In this document: positions 1-28,773 of the stretch, in pieces | How positions within the stretch are numbered: position 1 is the first letter of the stretch | How the letters are laid out: every line of letters begins with the position of its first letter | Origin: Blastocystis sp. Blastoise | Taxonomy: Eukaryota > Protista > Bigyra: Opalinata | Direction of reading: 5' to 3' | DNA length: 64,000 nt | Assembly (NCBI GenBank): GCA_039096225.1 | Contig: JBBPEB010000026.1 | Coordinates: 186,001 to 250,000, forward strand | Made by a program: the position numbers and the translations under genes | The notes under the pieces: model-generated | Seen by the model: the letters and a program-made list of their open reading frames with translations, nothing else | The model's database searches: none | Told to the model about the DNA's origin: nothing

Positions 1-774
<774 letters not shown>

Positions 775-916
775 TTGAATCAAAAATGATTGTAGAAATG
801 TGAAAGAGAAAATGAAGCTGAAAACTATAAAACATAAAATAGAGAACTAATTCGCAACTAGAATAATTTATAAAGCATACAGAAGCGTCTGGATAAGTAA
901 CAATGAAAAACATTGA

Positions 917-923
917 CCAATCA
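917..923 (+). promoter_or_regulatory. CCAATCA (CCAAT-box-like) element
   Basis: The same 7-mer recurs 95-160 bp upstream of several start codons (917, 27716, 32276, 56370, 56399) and matches the NF-Y/CBF core. Confidence 0.4.
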
Positions 924-2948
924 TGTTGTCAACCCTAAAAGAATAGAACTAATTTTAATAGAATCATCGACTTTCATCATCTAGAACTTGAGATACGTAT
1001 TTCATTAAAACCAAGAAAGCCAATACACTTCACCGATTAGAAGATACAATTCAATTTTTAAACAAAGCAACTTTTAAGAATTTTTTTGGCAGGATACACT
1101 TCAGCAGTTACGTTTTAAAAGCAAAAACTCAATGAAATAAGAATACTGTAAGAAAAAATGTTTGTGCGATACAAAAATTTTATTTTTAGTATTTTTTTTG
1201 TATTCAAGTTAAAACTTGCTTTAGTTGTTATTTTCCCCATGTAAAAGAGTTTCTGCTATTAGAGAACTTATTCTTTGAAGAGAAATTGAAGACCAATGTA
1301 ATTGTGTAATTAATTATTTTGCATATACAACTATTATTTCTATTTTAGAGTCATACTCAACGTTTCTAAATGAAATTCATGTAACTTTACTTCATCGTCA
1401 GATTAAAGATAAACCGGAATTGACCAAGAGTAGTAATACGGTATTTATAGCACTAATATACTAATTGAGTATAAAATTCTGTAATCTTGAAATGATATAA
1501 CTAACTTCTCCTCTCATTCAAAAGAATTACTAAACCTTAATAACTCTATTTCAGTGTTATTGTCCTTTTCTAGGATTATAAGACGTGTTTTCTATCATGA
1601 AATGATAATAGCGTAACTTATATTATTCGAAGAAGCATAATTAGACTTAATTCGCTTTTATTTTTATGTAGCAAACAATACTGTTTTCATTATATGCTTT
1701 TTTATAAATAATATATCATCATGAATTGAATATATATTTTTATTTTATTTTTCAGAGTTTATTTATATTGTAATATTGATATCGAAATTTTTTTAACATA
1801 AAAAAATGCTTTCATTTTTTAAAAATTATAAATTATTTTTTTCATTTTTTCTTTTGACTTTTAGTTAAATATATTTTGACTTATTTGAACTTTTTCTTAT
1901 TTAAATAACTTAGACATATCATGCATGACTCATTTACATGATAATTATTATTTTATAACACAATAAAGAGTTTTATGATTCTGACTCAAATATTGTTGTG
2001 TAAACTCATAGAATTGTCTTTTAGACTTGAAATGATTCTGTAAACAATAATTAAACAATAAAAACATTTAGAAATCAATATTGAGAAAGTTGACTGAATT
2101 ACGACTCTAATCTATTTGTTTTGAATAATAGAGATCATAGTTACATTGCAAGTCACTCTCTACACATATACACATAATAAATAACAAACAACTCTTACCT
2201 CACTAATTGACTGATCCTTAAGACTCGGTCAAAACTAATAAATTTTTGTCACTCTATACCTTATACAACACAGTACTTCATTATTTAATGTCTATTGCCT
2301 AAATAGACTCAAAATGAAAAATCAAAAACTCAACTTTTATCAAAAATTTCTCTAAGTCGATGAAAAACAGTCAACCTTTTGCATTTTTTGAATTTTCTAA
2401 AAATATTTGGTTTTCCCCATGGGAAACAAACCTTTTTGACTGGAGAAAAATTACCAAATTTCTTCGTGCCTGCTAGTGTATAAACAACATTTCTAACATT
2501 TCTAGATCAATTTTCATAATTTGTTTAATGTACAATACTAATCAAATAATTGATTAAATAAATTTATATTTTATTATGAGTTTTAATTAAAAAAACTCTG
2601 AAATTAATATAATGAACAATTGATTTCATTTATTTTCTGGCTGGTTACTGCATATACGAAATAGACACTTCCTTATACTTGATTACATAACAATATACCT
2701 TGATAAGTTCATAAAAACAAGTAAAAAAATAATTCTTATTGAAATCCGATATCATAATATCTATTGGATAATCTCGTTATTTGATCCAATGATTGCGGTT
2801 ATTCACAAATGACCAATAATTTTTTTGAATACCATTCTTCTTTTAGAAAACAACTTTTTCTATTTTTTTAATTATTATTATAACCAAATTGTATATTTTA
2901 GACAATCTTATTTTTGTTGCATTCATAATCTATATAGGTTCATTGCCG

Positions 2949-8228
<5,280 letters not shown>

Positions 8229-8297
8229 TTTCTTCTTTCAATTATTCTAATTATTTTATTTATTTACATTATATTTTAATATCTTTTAATCTTAAGA

Positions 8298-8364
<67 letters not shown>

Positions 8365-10067
8365 CAACTATTATATACATATACTTTCATTTCCACTATT
8401 TTTATTGTTATATTTGTTTTAACTATTCATATATGAATATGATTTATATATACATTTGATTGCCATTTTCCGTTGTTTTTATATAAATCACTTTATATTC
8501 ATATGTTAAATTCACATTTTATGTTTCTATTTGATTTCATATGATATATATATATATATTGTTATTAAACCTTTATTTGTTTGTATGTTCTTATTTTAAT
8601 ATTTGTTTTTATTATTATTTCTTATTTTCACTATTTCACTCTTTCTTATATATATATACTTTTTCGTATTCAATTAATGTATATATTCATTTTTATAATT
8701 ATGTTGTGTATTATTTTATAATACTTATCTTATATATTTGTATAACATTTGTTTTCTTTTCTTCTTTTTTGCTATTGTTGTTGTTTTAAAGTTTTATTGT
8801 TGTTATTTATACACATTCAAATTCTATTTGATATGTATATAAAATTTTCTTTCCTTTTTACTAATAGATTTCAGTTCTTTTCATCCTCTTTCAGTCATTT
8901 TATTTGTCATTCGTTATTCCTGGATCTAGCTCTTTTTAGCTTGTGTTTTTTTGTTACTTAGAATATTATAATAGAATTACTATTACTATTACTATTTCTT
9001 TACTTAAATATTATAATATTATCATCTATGCAGTCCATTAAGTATATGATTATATATATACTAGTTCGAGTAATATATACATCTATATATTATTTTTTTT
9101 GTTTTTATTGTTTTTTATTTCATTATTTAATCATTTCAATTGTTGTTTTCCTCATTATTTTTATTTATATACCTTTATATTTTTTTATTTTTTTTTTTTA
9201 TTTACATAACATTATTTATATATATCGTTTCTTCTATTTACATATATATTAATTATTACTCAATATAAATCTTTTTATTTATTTATACGAATATTCTAAT
9301 AATTTCTTTCTTTTTTTTTTGTTTCAATTCCCAAGTTTACATATTTATATTTGCCTCTATTTATTTCTATATTTTCTCTCTTTATGTTTTTCTTTCTTTA
9401 TACTTTTCTATTTATATTGAATATATATTTATGAACATATATATAGAAATTTTTTTATTATTTTATTTTAAAATCTCCTCTAATATATATATAATTTTTT
9501 TTACCCATTGCGATTCACTTTTTCACATATATAAAATTATTCGTTGTATAGGCATTCTTCGTTATTTCTCATTATTTATTGATAATATATATATACCTAT
9601 TTATAATTATTCATTATATATATATATATATATCTTTATGTTTTGTTTTGTGTCGCTTCCAAAGATTATTCTTTTTTTTTTCTATAAAAAAGTATAACTT
9701 TTGTATATATAGTTACATTTGTATTTCATTTTTATTCTCTACATTTTTTCATTATATTACTATTTTTTCAAATTATTTCTTTAGAATCAACTTATCTTTA
9801 TATATATCTTGAAAGATATATATAAATATATATAAAAAATATTCCTGTAAATTTGAAGATTCTAGTTCTTTTTTCTTCTCTTGTTATTCCTCATTGTTAT
9901 TATCCATTTTTTAGGATTATTTTATGTTTTATTTATATTGTTTTGTTTTTACAATATTTACCAATTCATGTATACATATAAATAAATAATTTCACTATAA
10001 ATACACTTGTTTAACTATAAAATTCAAAATAGAATCCATATTAATGAATACAAAAAGAGTAAAAATT

Positions 10068-10149
10068 CGACAACTGCAGGATTCGAACCTGCGCGGGCAA
10101 AGCCCAGTAGATTTCTAGTCTACCTCCTTAACCACTCGGACAAATTGTC
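10068..10149 (-). tRNA. tRNA-Ser(AGA)
   Basis: Reverse complement GACAATTTGTCCGAGTGGTTAAGGAGGTAGACTAGAAATCTACTGGGCTTTGCCCGCGCAGGTTCGAATCCTGCAGTTGTCG. It has an acceptor stem, anticodon arm GTAGA-CTAGAAA-TCTAC, long variable arm, TTCGAAT loop and a downstream T5 Pol III terminator. Confidence 0.97.
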
Positions 10150-10904
10150 TATTGAAAAGTCTTCTCTTTTTCATTATATGATATCTCTCAAATATATATT
10201 TTATTTTGTTAAATATATACAAATGAACAACGTTCATTGGATACTGACATGTTAACTAAACTAAATATACAAAAAACAATTCAAAGATTTATCAAAATAC
10301 ATTTATTTTCTTCAAATCATATAAATTTGATATGATATATATTTTCTAATTACTATATCAATGACGTCTACCATTTGATAACATAAAATAGTCTCCATAG
10401 AGTAATATTCACAAAAAAATATTGTTTTTATTCATTAGTTCACGTATCGTTATATCATGCATTGTAACTCTAACATGACTTTCAATCAAAACAATAAATA
10501 GAAGGACAATTACTATGATCAATTATGTGTATTTCATAGCAATTCTTTATTATCTTGAAGAATAGAGACTACGTACATATAAATTTCAATAAAATAAAAG
10601 TTTCCTTTTACTTGAGACAACATAAAAAACAATATAAACAATCATGAAAAAGCTTTCAGCTTATTGCGAATATAACAAGACTTTTAGTCAAAAACCATTA
10701 AATAATCGCGACTCTCCGTTTCTCTGATGCTCTTAAGAAGAGATTGAGATTGAAGAAAAACGAACCAATATGATAATGAATAAGGTCAATATATGGTCCT
10801 TTATTTTGGACATTAGGGTCACTCTGTCTTTTGCATTTCCTCTGTAAATGTTGTTTTATATTATTTTGTTTATTGTTTGTTCATATTAAATATAACTGTT
10901 CATA

Positions 10905-11747
10905 ATGCCTGCTGATAAGTATGTTTTGATACCTTCCTCCTATTCCCTGGCTCTTTTATTATTTTTTATACTTATTTTTTTGAATTTTATAAGAAAGTTG
11001 TCAAGGATGAATTCTCTGAATTCAAACAAGCTGGTGCCAGTACCTCTGAAAAGATGTGCAGTGTTTCTGTAGCTGCTATTACCTCTCTTCTTCCTGCTTT
11101 CCTCTTTGCTTCTAACGTTTATGGATGTGGACTCAAGACTTATCCTATTCTTGCCATTTGTGTTATTATTCCTGCTATTATTTTATTCTTCTCTTACAAG
11201 AAGACTGAAAAGAAAACTCTCTCCAGTTTAAGTAGAGCTAGGTATATTTATTTATTGTTTTTTTTTTTGCTCATTATTATTATTCATTATTTTTTAATAT
11301 TCTATCATACTGTTTATATATAGAAGAAATAAGAATACTCGTAAGAATCAAGAATCTGCTGATGAAGCTGCTCAAGCTGTTAAGCATCAAGCTACTAGTT
11401 GGGCTTTCTTCTACAACAATGCTATCTACTTAGTATATATAAATTAATTTATTCCATAAAATAATCATTTTCTTTTTTTTGTCTTCATATATTATATTTA
11501 TATAACAAAATATTTATATTCTCCTTTCTATAGTCTGTCTTCCTCTTAGTTGCTAGATATGTTATGCCTCGTATTCCTTATAATCTTCCTAATCAATATG
11601 TCTGTTGTATTTCCAGTATGTTTTTTTTTTTTTTATTTATTTATTTTTTGTATATATTATAATGTTATTGAAATATACTTATGACTTTTATGTATAGCTG
11701 GAATTGCTGCTGCAGTCACTTTCTTAAATTATAAAGGATATATTTAA
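10905..11747 (+). CDS. SSR3: Translocon-associated protein gamma (TRAP-gamma/SSR3)-like
   Basis: Five exons and four hydrophobic segments. QATSWAFFYNNAIYL matches the TRAP-gamma EATTFSIFYNNTLFL motif; ends NYKGYI*. Confidence 0.75.
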
Positions 11748-11959
11748 ATTATTGGGACTAATTAATACTGTACTAAAATAGAGAAATGAAAATCATCTTA
11801 TTGTTTTGTTATTATGTTTAGAATAAATAAAAGATAAAAATATTAGAAAACAAATTTTTTTTTGCATTCATAAAAATTTATCAATTTTTTAGACAGAAAA
11901 AATCTCATTTTAAAAATATTTTATCATAAAGTCATTTAATATTTAAAAATAAATTATTA

Positions 11960-15500
<3,541 letters not shown>

Positions 15501-15769
15501 ATTGATATATAATCTCCTTAAAGAAGAATCATTATATACTAGTTTTAGCTTATTTTTGTTCAATTTCTGTTTTGCATTTTTTACAATCTCTTTCTCATTT
15601 ATTGTGAAAAAAATAAAATATACACGTATATACAAAACCCATAAAATTTAAATACATTCATAAAACTAATTAAAATAAACAAAAATTCAAAATTCCTTTA
15701 AAACACACATTATTATTTTATTCAATTAACACTGTTAAGTCTAGAATATAAGTTTTAATTCAAACAAAT

Positions 15770-16430
15770 ATGACAAATGATAAAGAATTTAATAAATTGC
15801 AAACACTTCTCACCAAATTTCGTGATGATGTATTCACTAGTAGTTCTCTTTTAACATTAAATGAATTTTTAGATGTCTACAATGATGGAAGAGAGTGAAC
15901 AAAATATATCAAACATAGATAAAGCAATGGAACATTTTGATTCGTTTGTTTCTTTATATGAGGTAAAGAAAGTATATTTCTATCCAGTCATTCAAAATCT
16001 AATGATACTCTTAAGAATTCACAGATGTTTAGCATTAATGAAATCAAAAAATACAGTTGTAACAACATATCTTGGCTGTGTTGACAAATATTTTCCGGAA
16101 TCTGAGAGTATATTGATTTTTCACTTGTATTAGTTATTGAATTACAATATTTATTTTTTGTATTTATAGGTGAATCAAATCAATTCATTCATGAATCTCG
16201 ACAAGTATTATTATCAGCTATTGTTAATGGGAAAAAAGATAAACAAAAAGTATTTATATATTTTATTATTATTATTTCTTATTATTAATATAAAGGTCAT
16301 AGAAATTATGTCTTGTTACTCGTTTACTACAATTTGTATTCAATCTGTTAATTTCGCAAATGTTGTTTTAAATGATTTGGAATTAGAAAAGCATGTCTTA
16401 GAAACAGAATCCATTACAAACAAACAATAA
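15770..16430 (+). CDS. Small hypothetical protein, 4 exons with short introns
   Basis: MTNDKEFNKLQTLLTKFRDD/MSTMMEES... to ESITNKQ*, with in-frame GT-AG introns. Confidence 0.6.
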
Positions 16431-16597
16431 TATATTTAATATATAGATATAAAAAAACAAATTGACTAGTTTTGTTTGTTTTATATAATGTTTATTGTAT
16501 AAAGATATAGATATATATATATAATTTGATTATATGGTAATGAAACATACACGAAATAATTATAAACATAATAAGAGAATTATCTATATAATACGAA

Positions 16598-22973
<6,376 letters not shown>

Positions 22974-23465
22974 TTTTTAGGTGTTGATAATTCAAACAGA
23001 TATATATGAAAACTCAAATATGTTGATAGAATTCAACGATAAATAATAATTAAATTACCAAATCTTAAATAACTCTGGGAAAATTCATCAAATACAGTTT
23101 AAAACACAATATAATAGTGATAAAAAAAAGTATTTTTATTGTCTGTATTATAAGTTAATTAAGTAGAAATAAGTATTTAAGAGTGATAAATAGGTTCTGA
23201 AAGTGTTTTTAACAAAGTGAATTAAGTCAGTTTTTTTTATTTAAAATAGTTATTGAATGAAAAACATTTTAAAATCATCGTTTTTACGTTATTCTTTTTT
23301 AGTTTATTTCTATGAACGTCGTATAACTTAAAAGAATAACAAAAGATATAATAAAGTTGAGAAAATTATAATATGAAAACAATTTAACAAATGAATACGA
23401 TAAGACTATTATAGGCATCTAGATAAATGAAGTTGAGATTATTTATGTCATAGAGGAAATGATAT

Positions 23466-25212
23466 TTATAATCTTTTACAAGAAATCTCTTTAATCATCC
23501 ACTTATTGTTTTTGTTAATAAGATTCAATATGGTATATCTTCCTTTACTATAGAGAGGAGTCATATAATATAGTCTAACTCATATGAATAATAATATTGA
23601 AGTAATAAAATAGATACTTAAAAGGTCCAGCATTAATAACCGCGGGAGAATAGTCCATAGCTCCAATAGAATTCAATCCTTGTGCTGCATGCATATGTCC
23701 ATGAACTAACCCAACAAAACGAGGTGCCTATATATATATATATATATATATATATCAATTATATTAATATGATATAAGATAATATAAATAGATATATATA
23801 TATGTATATATACAATAGATGCAGAGAAGATGATATCATATAATAATTGACTTCCTCCATTCACGTGAACATAAGATTCTGGATCATCATCTATTTATAT
23901 ATAATAATATAAGTATAAGTATAACTATAATAAAATAAATACCAGTAGCAACAATATCAGATCTTTTTTTAATAGCACTACTTGTTCCTATGTATATAAT
24001 AATAATAATAATAATTAAAAGAAATAAATATTATATATATATACCAAATATAGAAGGTGGACAATGAGTAAGAACAAACATCTATATATAATAATTTATA
24101 TATAGTATAAATAACAATATATAACGTAAAAAAATATATAAAAAAAATATTATTTTTGACTATATATCATTATAGAATGAAAAATAATATAGTAAAAAAA
24201 TATATATATATGTATATACTTGTTTATCTTCAGGTACAGAATCGAAGAGAGAATGTATTTCTTTGTAGGGGAAATCCGATGTGTCTTTAGGGTAGCCTAA
24301 TCATTCAATATATATTATGAATAAAGTTAATAATACAGTTAATAAATATATATATACATTATTTATGATATTTATAATAATATAATAAAAATATATTTAT
24401 GATGTTAATAGTATTATAATAAATAATATATATATTATGAATGATATAGAATATATATTTAATATATATATACCTGACCATAAATGTTCAATTCCTTCGC
24501 ATGAGGAGATACAACTACCTCCATAACCGACGAGACATAATCCGGGGAGAATCTCTTCAACCTATAGAAATAAAGGGAGAATGAAGAATAAACGATATTG
24601 ATTATGAGGAGAAATATTATATTATATAACATAAATAGTGAATGATGCAAAATATAATAACATAAATATATATAATATATTAAAACGAAAAAAGTACAAT
24701 AAATAAAAATATATAATAAATAAGATTAATATTCCTATATATAAACACATATAATATACTCTATTATGCATATTAATATAATTTAATTGGTGTTCGTTCC
24801 CTTCAGAAAAATGTTCTAATAAATCGTGCTATATATATAGAACATATATATAATTTCTTTAATAAAAATAGAAAATACATTTCCAGGAACAAAATATTGT
24901 GGAATATGATAAGTATCAATTACTATAAGAAAAATGTTATTATTATTATTTTATTTTTTTTGAAAAATATATATATATCATTAAAAATAAAATACTTGAC
25001 ATAATCGATTTAAATTTATCATAATCTTCATCTCGTTTATTTTTTCTATTGCTATCGCTTCCAACACACATAGCTACATCACCACAATTAAAGATCATAT
25101 CAATATTTTTTTCTTCTTCCATGAGTTGTTTAAATTGAGATTCAAATGTTGGGCATATATGAATATCGCTTATCATTAAAATACGAACGCTTCTACCTAT
25201 TGCTTCTGCCAT
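23466..25212 (-). CDS. Calcineurin-like metallophosphoesterase
   Basis: Motifs SDIH, CGD, VPGN/HD (across an intron), THCPP, VHGHMH and INAGP. Spliced frame ends KEISCKRL*. Confidence 0.88.
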
Positions 25213-26225
25213 AATTAATAGTTTCACAATAAATTTCAAGAATACGAATATATTGTGACAAAAAACTTATGATTTTTTTCTTTGTTTATATGTCTACTAA
25301 TTCATACATTTGATATTTAGTATCGTCTCATAACAGTAAGCACTAATTTCTTCGTAATCTATCTAGTTAATACTTTTCGATGTTAAACAAATTGTGCATT
25401 TATGCAAAAATAGTTCTTAAAATAGAATAATCAATATTAATTTGTCACTTGTATAACATATATATATATTTAATTCAGTTGTTTCCATTTTATAACTCAA
25501 TCACTAATTGATTTTCTCTTTTTTCAATAAATTACATTCAAATAGTATTTAAAGGTTTAAAATTCTTCATGATATATTTGAAGAACATCACTAAACAAAA
25601 CAATTAAACGAAATGAAGACTAATTTTTAATAGAATAATTCCAAGCAGACAAGGAATGTATATATTTAGAATATACCAATAATCATAAGATGATTAACAA
25701 CAAAAACGGACTTTTAACAAATAACTATCATTCACAATATCATTTTATTTATACAATACATCATTAAAACAATAATATAATATATAAATAATTCAATAGA
25801 TCATCAAAAAAAAGTATATTTATTATAGAGACACAAAAATATATATATAGATTTTTTACAAAAAGAAAGTTGAAATATGATAATTCATAAAAGAGACAGC
25901 AAAAACAGAATAGTTAATAGAAATGAGCAGACAAAAAAATAATAAAATAAAATTAGATAATATATAACATATGTTTATATATATTTATAATACATTCATC
26001 AACGATGAATATTAAACAAATATTCAAATCATTCTCATTTAATGTATATATAATATATATATATATAGTACCCCCCTATATATAGAAAAAAGATTGTAAA
26101 TGATGATTCAATATATATATATAAATAGTTTAAGAATTCTTCATAGTAAAATAAATTCATTAAAAAATTTAAAAAATAAATCATAATAATTCATCATTAT
26201 ATTTTATTATATATATAATAATTCT

Positions 26226-26714
26226 TTATTCTTTATCATAATTAACACAAGGTAATTTGACAATTTTATTATAAGTAAAAGAGCCACTAATAATAAAGAG
26301 GAATCCAATTAATTCTATTAACGAATTCCAAGAAATACCTTCGCCAAAGAAAGGTTCTCCATAAATAGATTTAAGTATATAATAAATAATAATATTAACA
26401 ATCCAAATACATAAGGTACGAGCAGCTTCAATAATAGTTCTATATACAGCACCATATGTTTCTGTAGTCATAATAGCGAAATTATTATATCCGAAACAGC
26501 AGAATATATAGAAGATCAACCAATAAGTTAAAGGTGTACTATTACGTAACATTTCAAAGGTATCCAAAGTATCTTCGTGGAAAACCGCGGTTATAAATTT
26601 ATTAGTAGTTGGAGTATGTTGTAAAATAAATAACACTAAAGCACATACTGAACTATATATATATATATAGTTATGTATATAGATAATAAATTATTATAAA
26701 ATATTATAAAATAT

Positions 26715-26811
<97 letters not shown>

Positions 26812-27621
26812 CGCCCCAGAAACCTTCTAATCCGACAATAAAAGTAGAGGGTATATAGACACGTTTCATAAGGAATTCTTCACTAACCATTTGGCCTGCT
26901 TGAATAACTTGAGCAAACACAACAAGACAAATAGCGAGAATAACCATACTTGTATCATCACTATTACCACTCATGCCTGTACTATTTTCATCAAATTTTA
27001 TTAAAGGCGCAGAACCAACGACAATTATACCAAAAACAACAGAAAGAATACTTAACCATTGATATAAACGGAACTTCTTCTTAAAAACTATCATCGATAA
27101 TATAGCAGCAAAGATTACCATAGCACCACGAAGCATTTGCCAAATTGAGGCTGATATATAAAATAAACCGATATTCATAAAGCAAGTGGAACAGAAATCA
27201 CACATAGCAGGAATTAAAGCCCAAAAGATATTCTATACAGATGCATAATAGAAGATATCAACAACAACAAAAAAAGAAATTATAATGAATTCTTTGTTTA
27301 AAATAAAATATATACTGTCCAATAGAATTCTTTGTGTTCAGGTTCTTTCTCAATTAAGTTATTTTCAACATCATTCTTGTTCTTATTAGTTAACTTATGA
27401 ATTAAACAGTTAATAGCAAACATAAAACAACAAAAGAACATTCCGAAAAACATAGACTCAGTTTGGAACCATGGCTTATTGAAAACATGTTCATCAGGAT
27501 TACCTTGAGCATCAAAACCAGTAGATTTTAAGGTAAACAAGAATTTTTGTACTAAAACGTTTCCTGTACCAAAGCAAAGAAGACCTGGAATAGAAGAATA
27601 TTTTGTTAATTTACTAACCAT
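26226..27621 (-). CDS. SLC35F6-like drug/metabolite (nucleotide-sugar) transporter
   Basis: Three exons. FNKPWFQTESMFFGM, PAMCD, ASIWQMLRG, QMVSEE, VGLEGFWG and RTIIEAARTLCIW motifs with multiple TM segments. Confidence 0.88.
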
Positions 27622-27715
27622 TATTCTATTTGTTTAATGAAATTAAATAAAAATAAAACAATAATTCATGTTATTAACAGAAGAAAATGTAAACACAAGT
27701 TTAGGTTCGAATGAA

Positions 27716-27722
27716 TGATTGG
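27716..27722 (-). promoter_or_regulatory. CCAATCA element upstream of the SLC35F6-like gene
   Basis: TGATTGG about 95 bp upstream of ATG 27621; a second CCAATC lies near 27830. Confidence 0.4.
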
Positions 27723-28773
27723 ATAATTTCTCTAATGACCAGCTAAAGAACAAAGGTTGGTAATGGTTTCAGTCATATATCTGCGTCAGAATGACGATTA
27801 CTATTATTCAGATGTCATAATGAATTCGACCAATCGAATACACTATTTTGCCAAATGAGATAATTGTTTTTCTATTGAAATACATTTTCGAAGGATCCAA
27901 TTGTTCTTCATTCTGTTGTTTTGGAACAATAGTGGTAAAGAAGAAATGACGAGTAAACACAATTGTCATTTCCACAAGAACAAATCGATTTTTATTTGTG
28001 TCGTCTTTTTTTCCCCTTTAAGTCATTTGTATGCAACAAACAATGAATAGACCTTATTTAATTCTATAAAATACATCTGAAATACACAACACTAGAAAGA
28101 ATTATTATTGTATTTGGGATCTTTTTTATTGATCATATTTTTTATTTTTATTTGATTCTAAACAGTAACATTTAAGAAATATGGAAACTGAAAGATTTTG
28201 AATAGTTGGAAATAGTTATATATAATGAGTCAATTATGATAAGAATTCTTTGAATAAGAAATAAGATTAATGTATGATATTATTTGAGATTGGATAGATC
28301 AGGGTTTTTATATTTTTAAAGTTCTAGTTTTAACAATAGATATATAAATGAAATAATGTAGATCATAAGAGAATCAACAGTATATAGAAATTTAAATATT
28401 TTCTTATGTCTTCGAAGAACTAAACAGTTTATGAATATGTTTTCTATTCTATTTAAAAGAATTCTATATTCTAGTGATATAAATACTAATAATCAAGAAT
28501 TATTTCATAAATGTTCTTATTTTGATAGGATTATTAAAATATTATGCAATATATAAAAGTTAACAATTTAAACAAACCATTTAAAAAAAAAACTAAAATG
28601 TATTAACCACATCAAAAATGAAAAAGAAATAAAATTTTAAAAAAATGTTAAATAGTATACTTGCCTATATATAAATAGACTTTTATGTTTATGGAAAAAT
28701 GAAAATAAATATCGTAAAATACAAATATAAAATCTATAATATATATATAATAGATTAATATATAAAAAAGTGA

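Noticed and set aside
8200-10000. Many hydrophobic F/I/Y-rich ORFs after the ABCB gene
   Set aside because: T-skewed non-coding sequence (3' UTR or intergenic) gives stop-poor frames; no coherent exon structure.
10007-10255. 82-aa ORF
   Set aside because: It overlaps the tRNA-Ser gene on the opposite strand and is spurious.
16465-16485. TGTTTGTT motif associated in Blastocystis with stop codons created by polyadenylation
   Set aside because: Every complete gene traced here has an encoded stop, so no poly(A)-generated stop is needed. The motif may still be a 3'-end signal.
24290-24480. Apparent in-frame TGA or non-canonical junction in the metallophosphoesterase
   Set aside because: It came from the wrong frame in the ORF track; the correct frame splices canonically to HLWSGYPKD.
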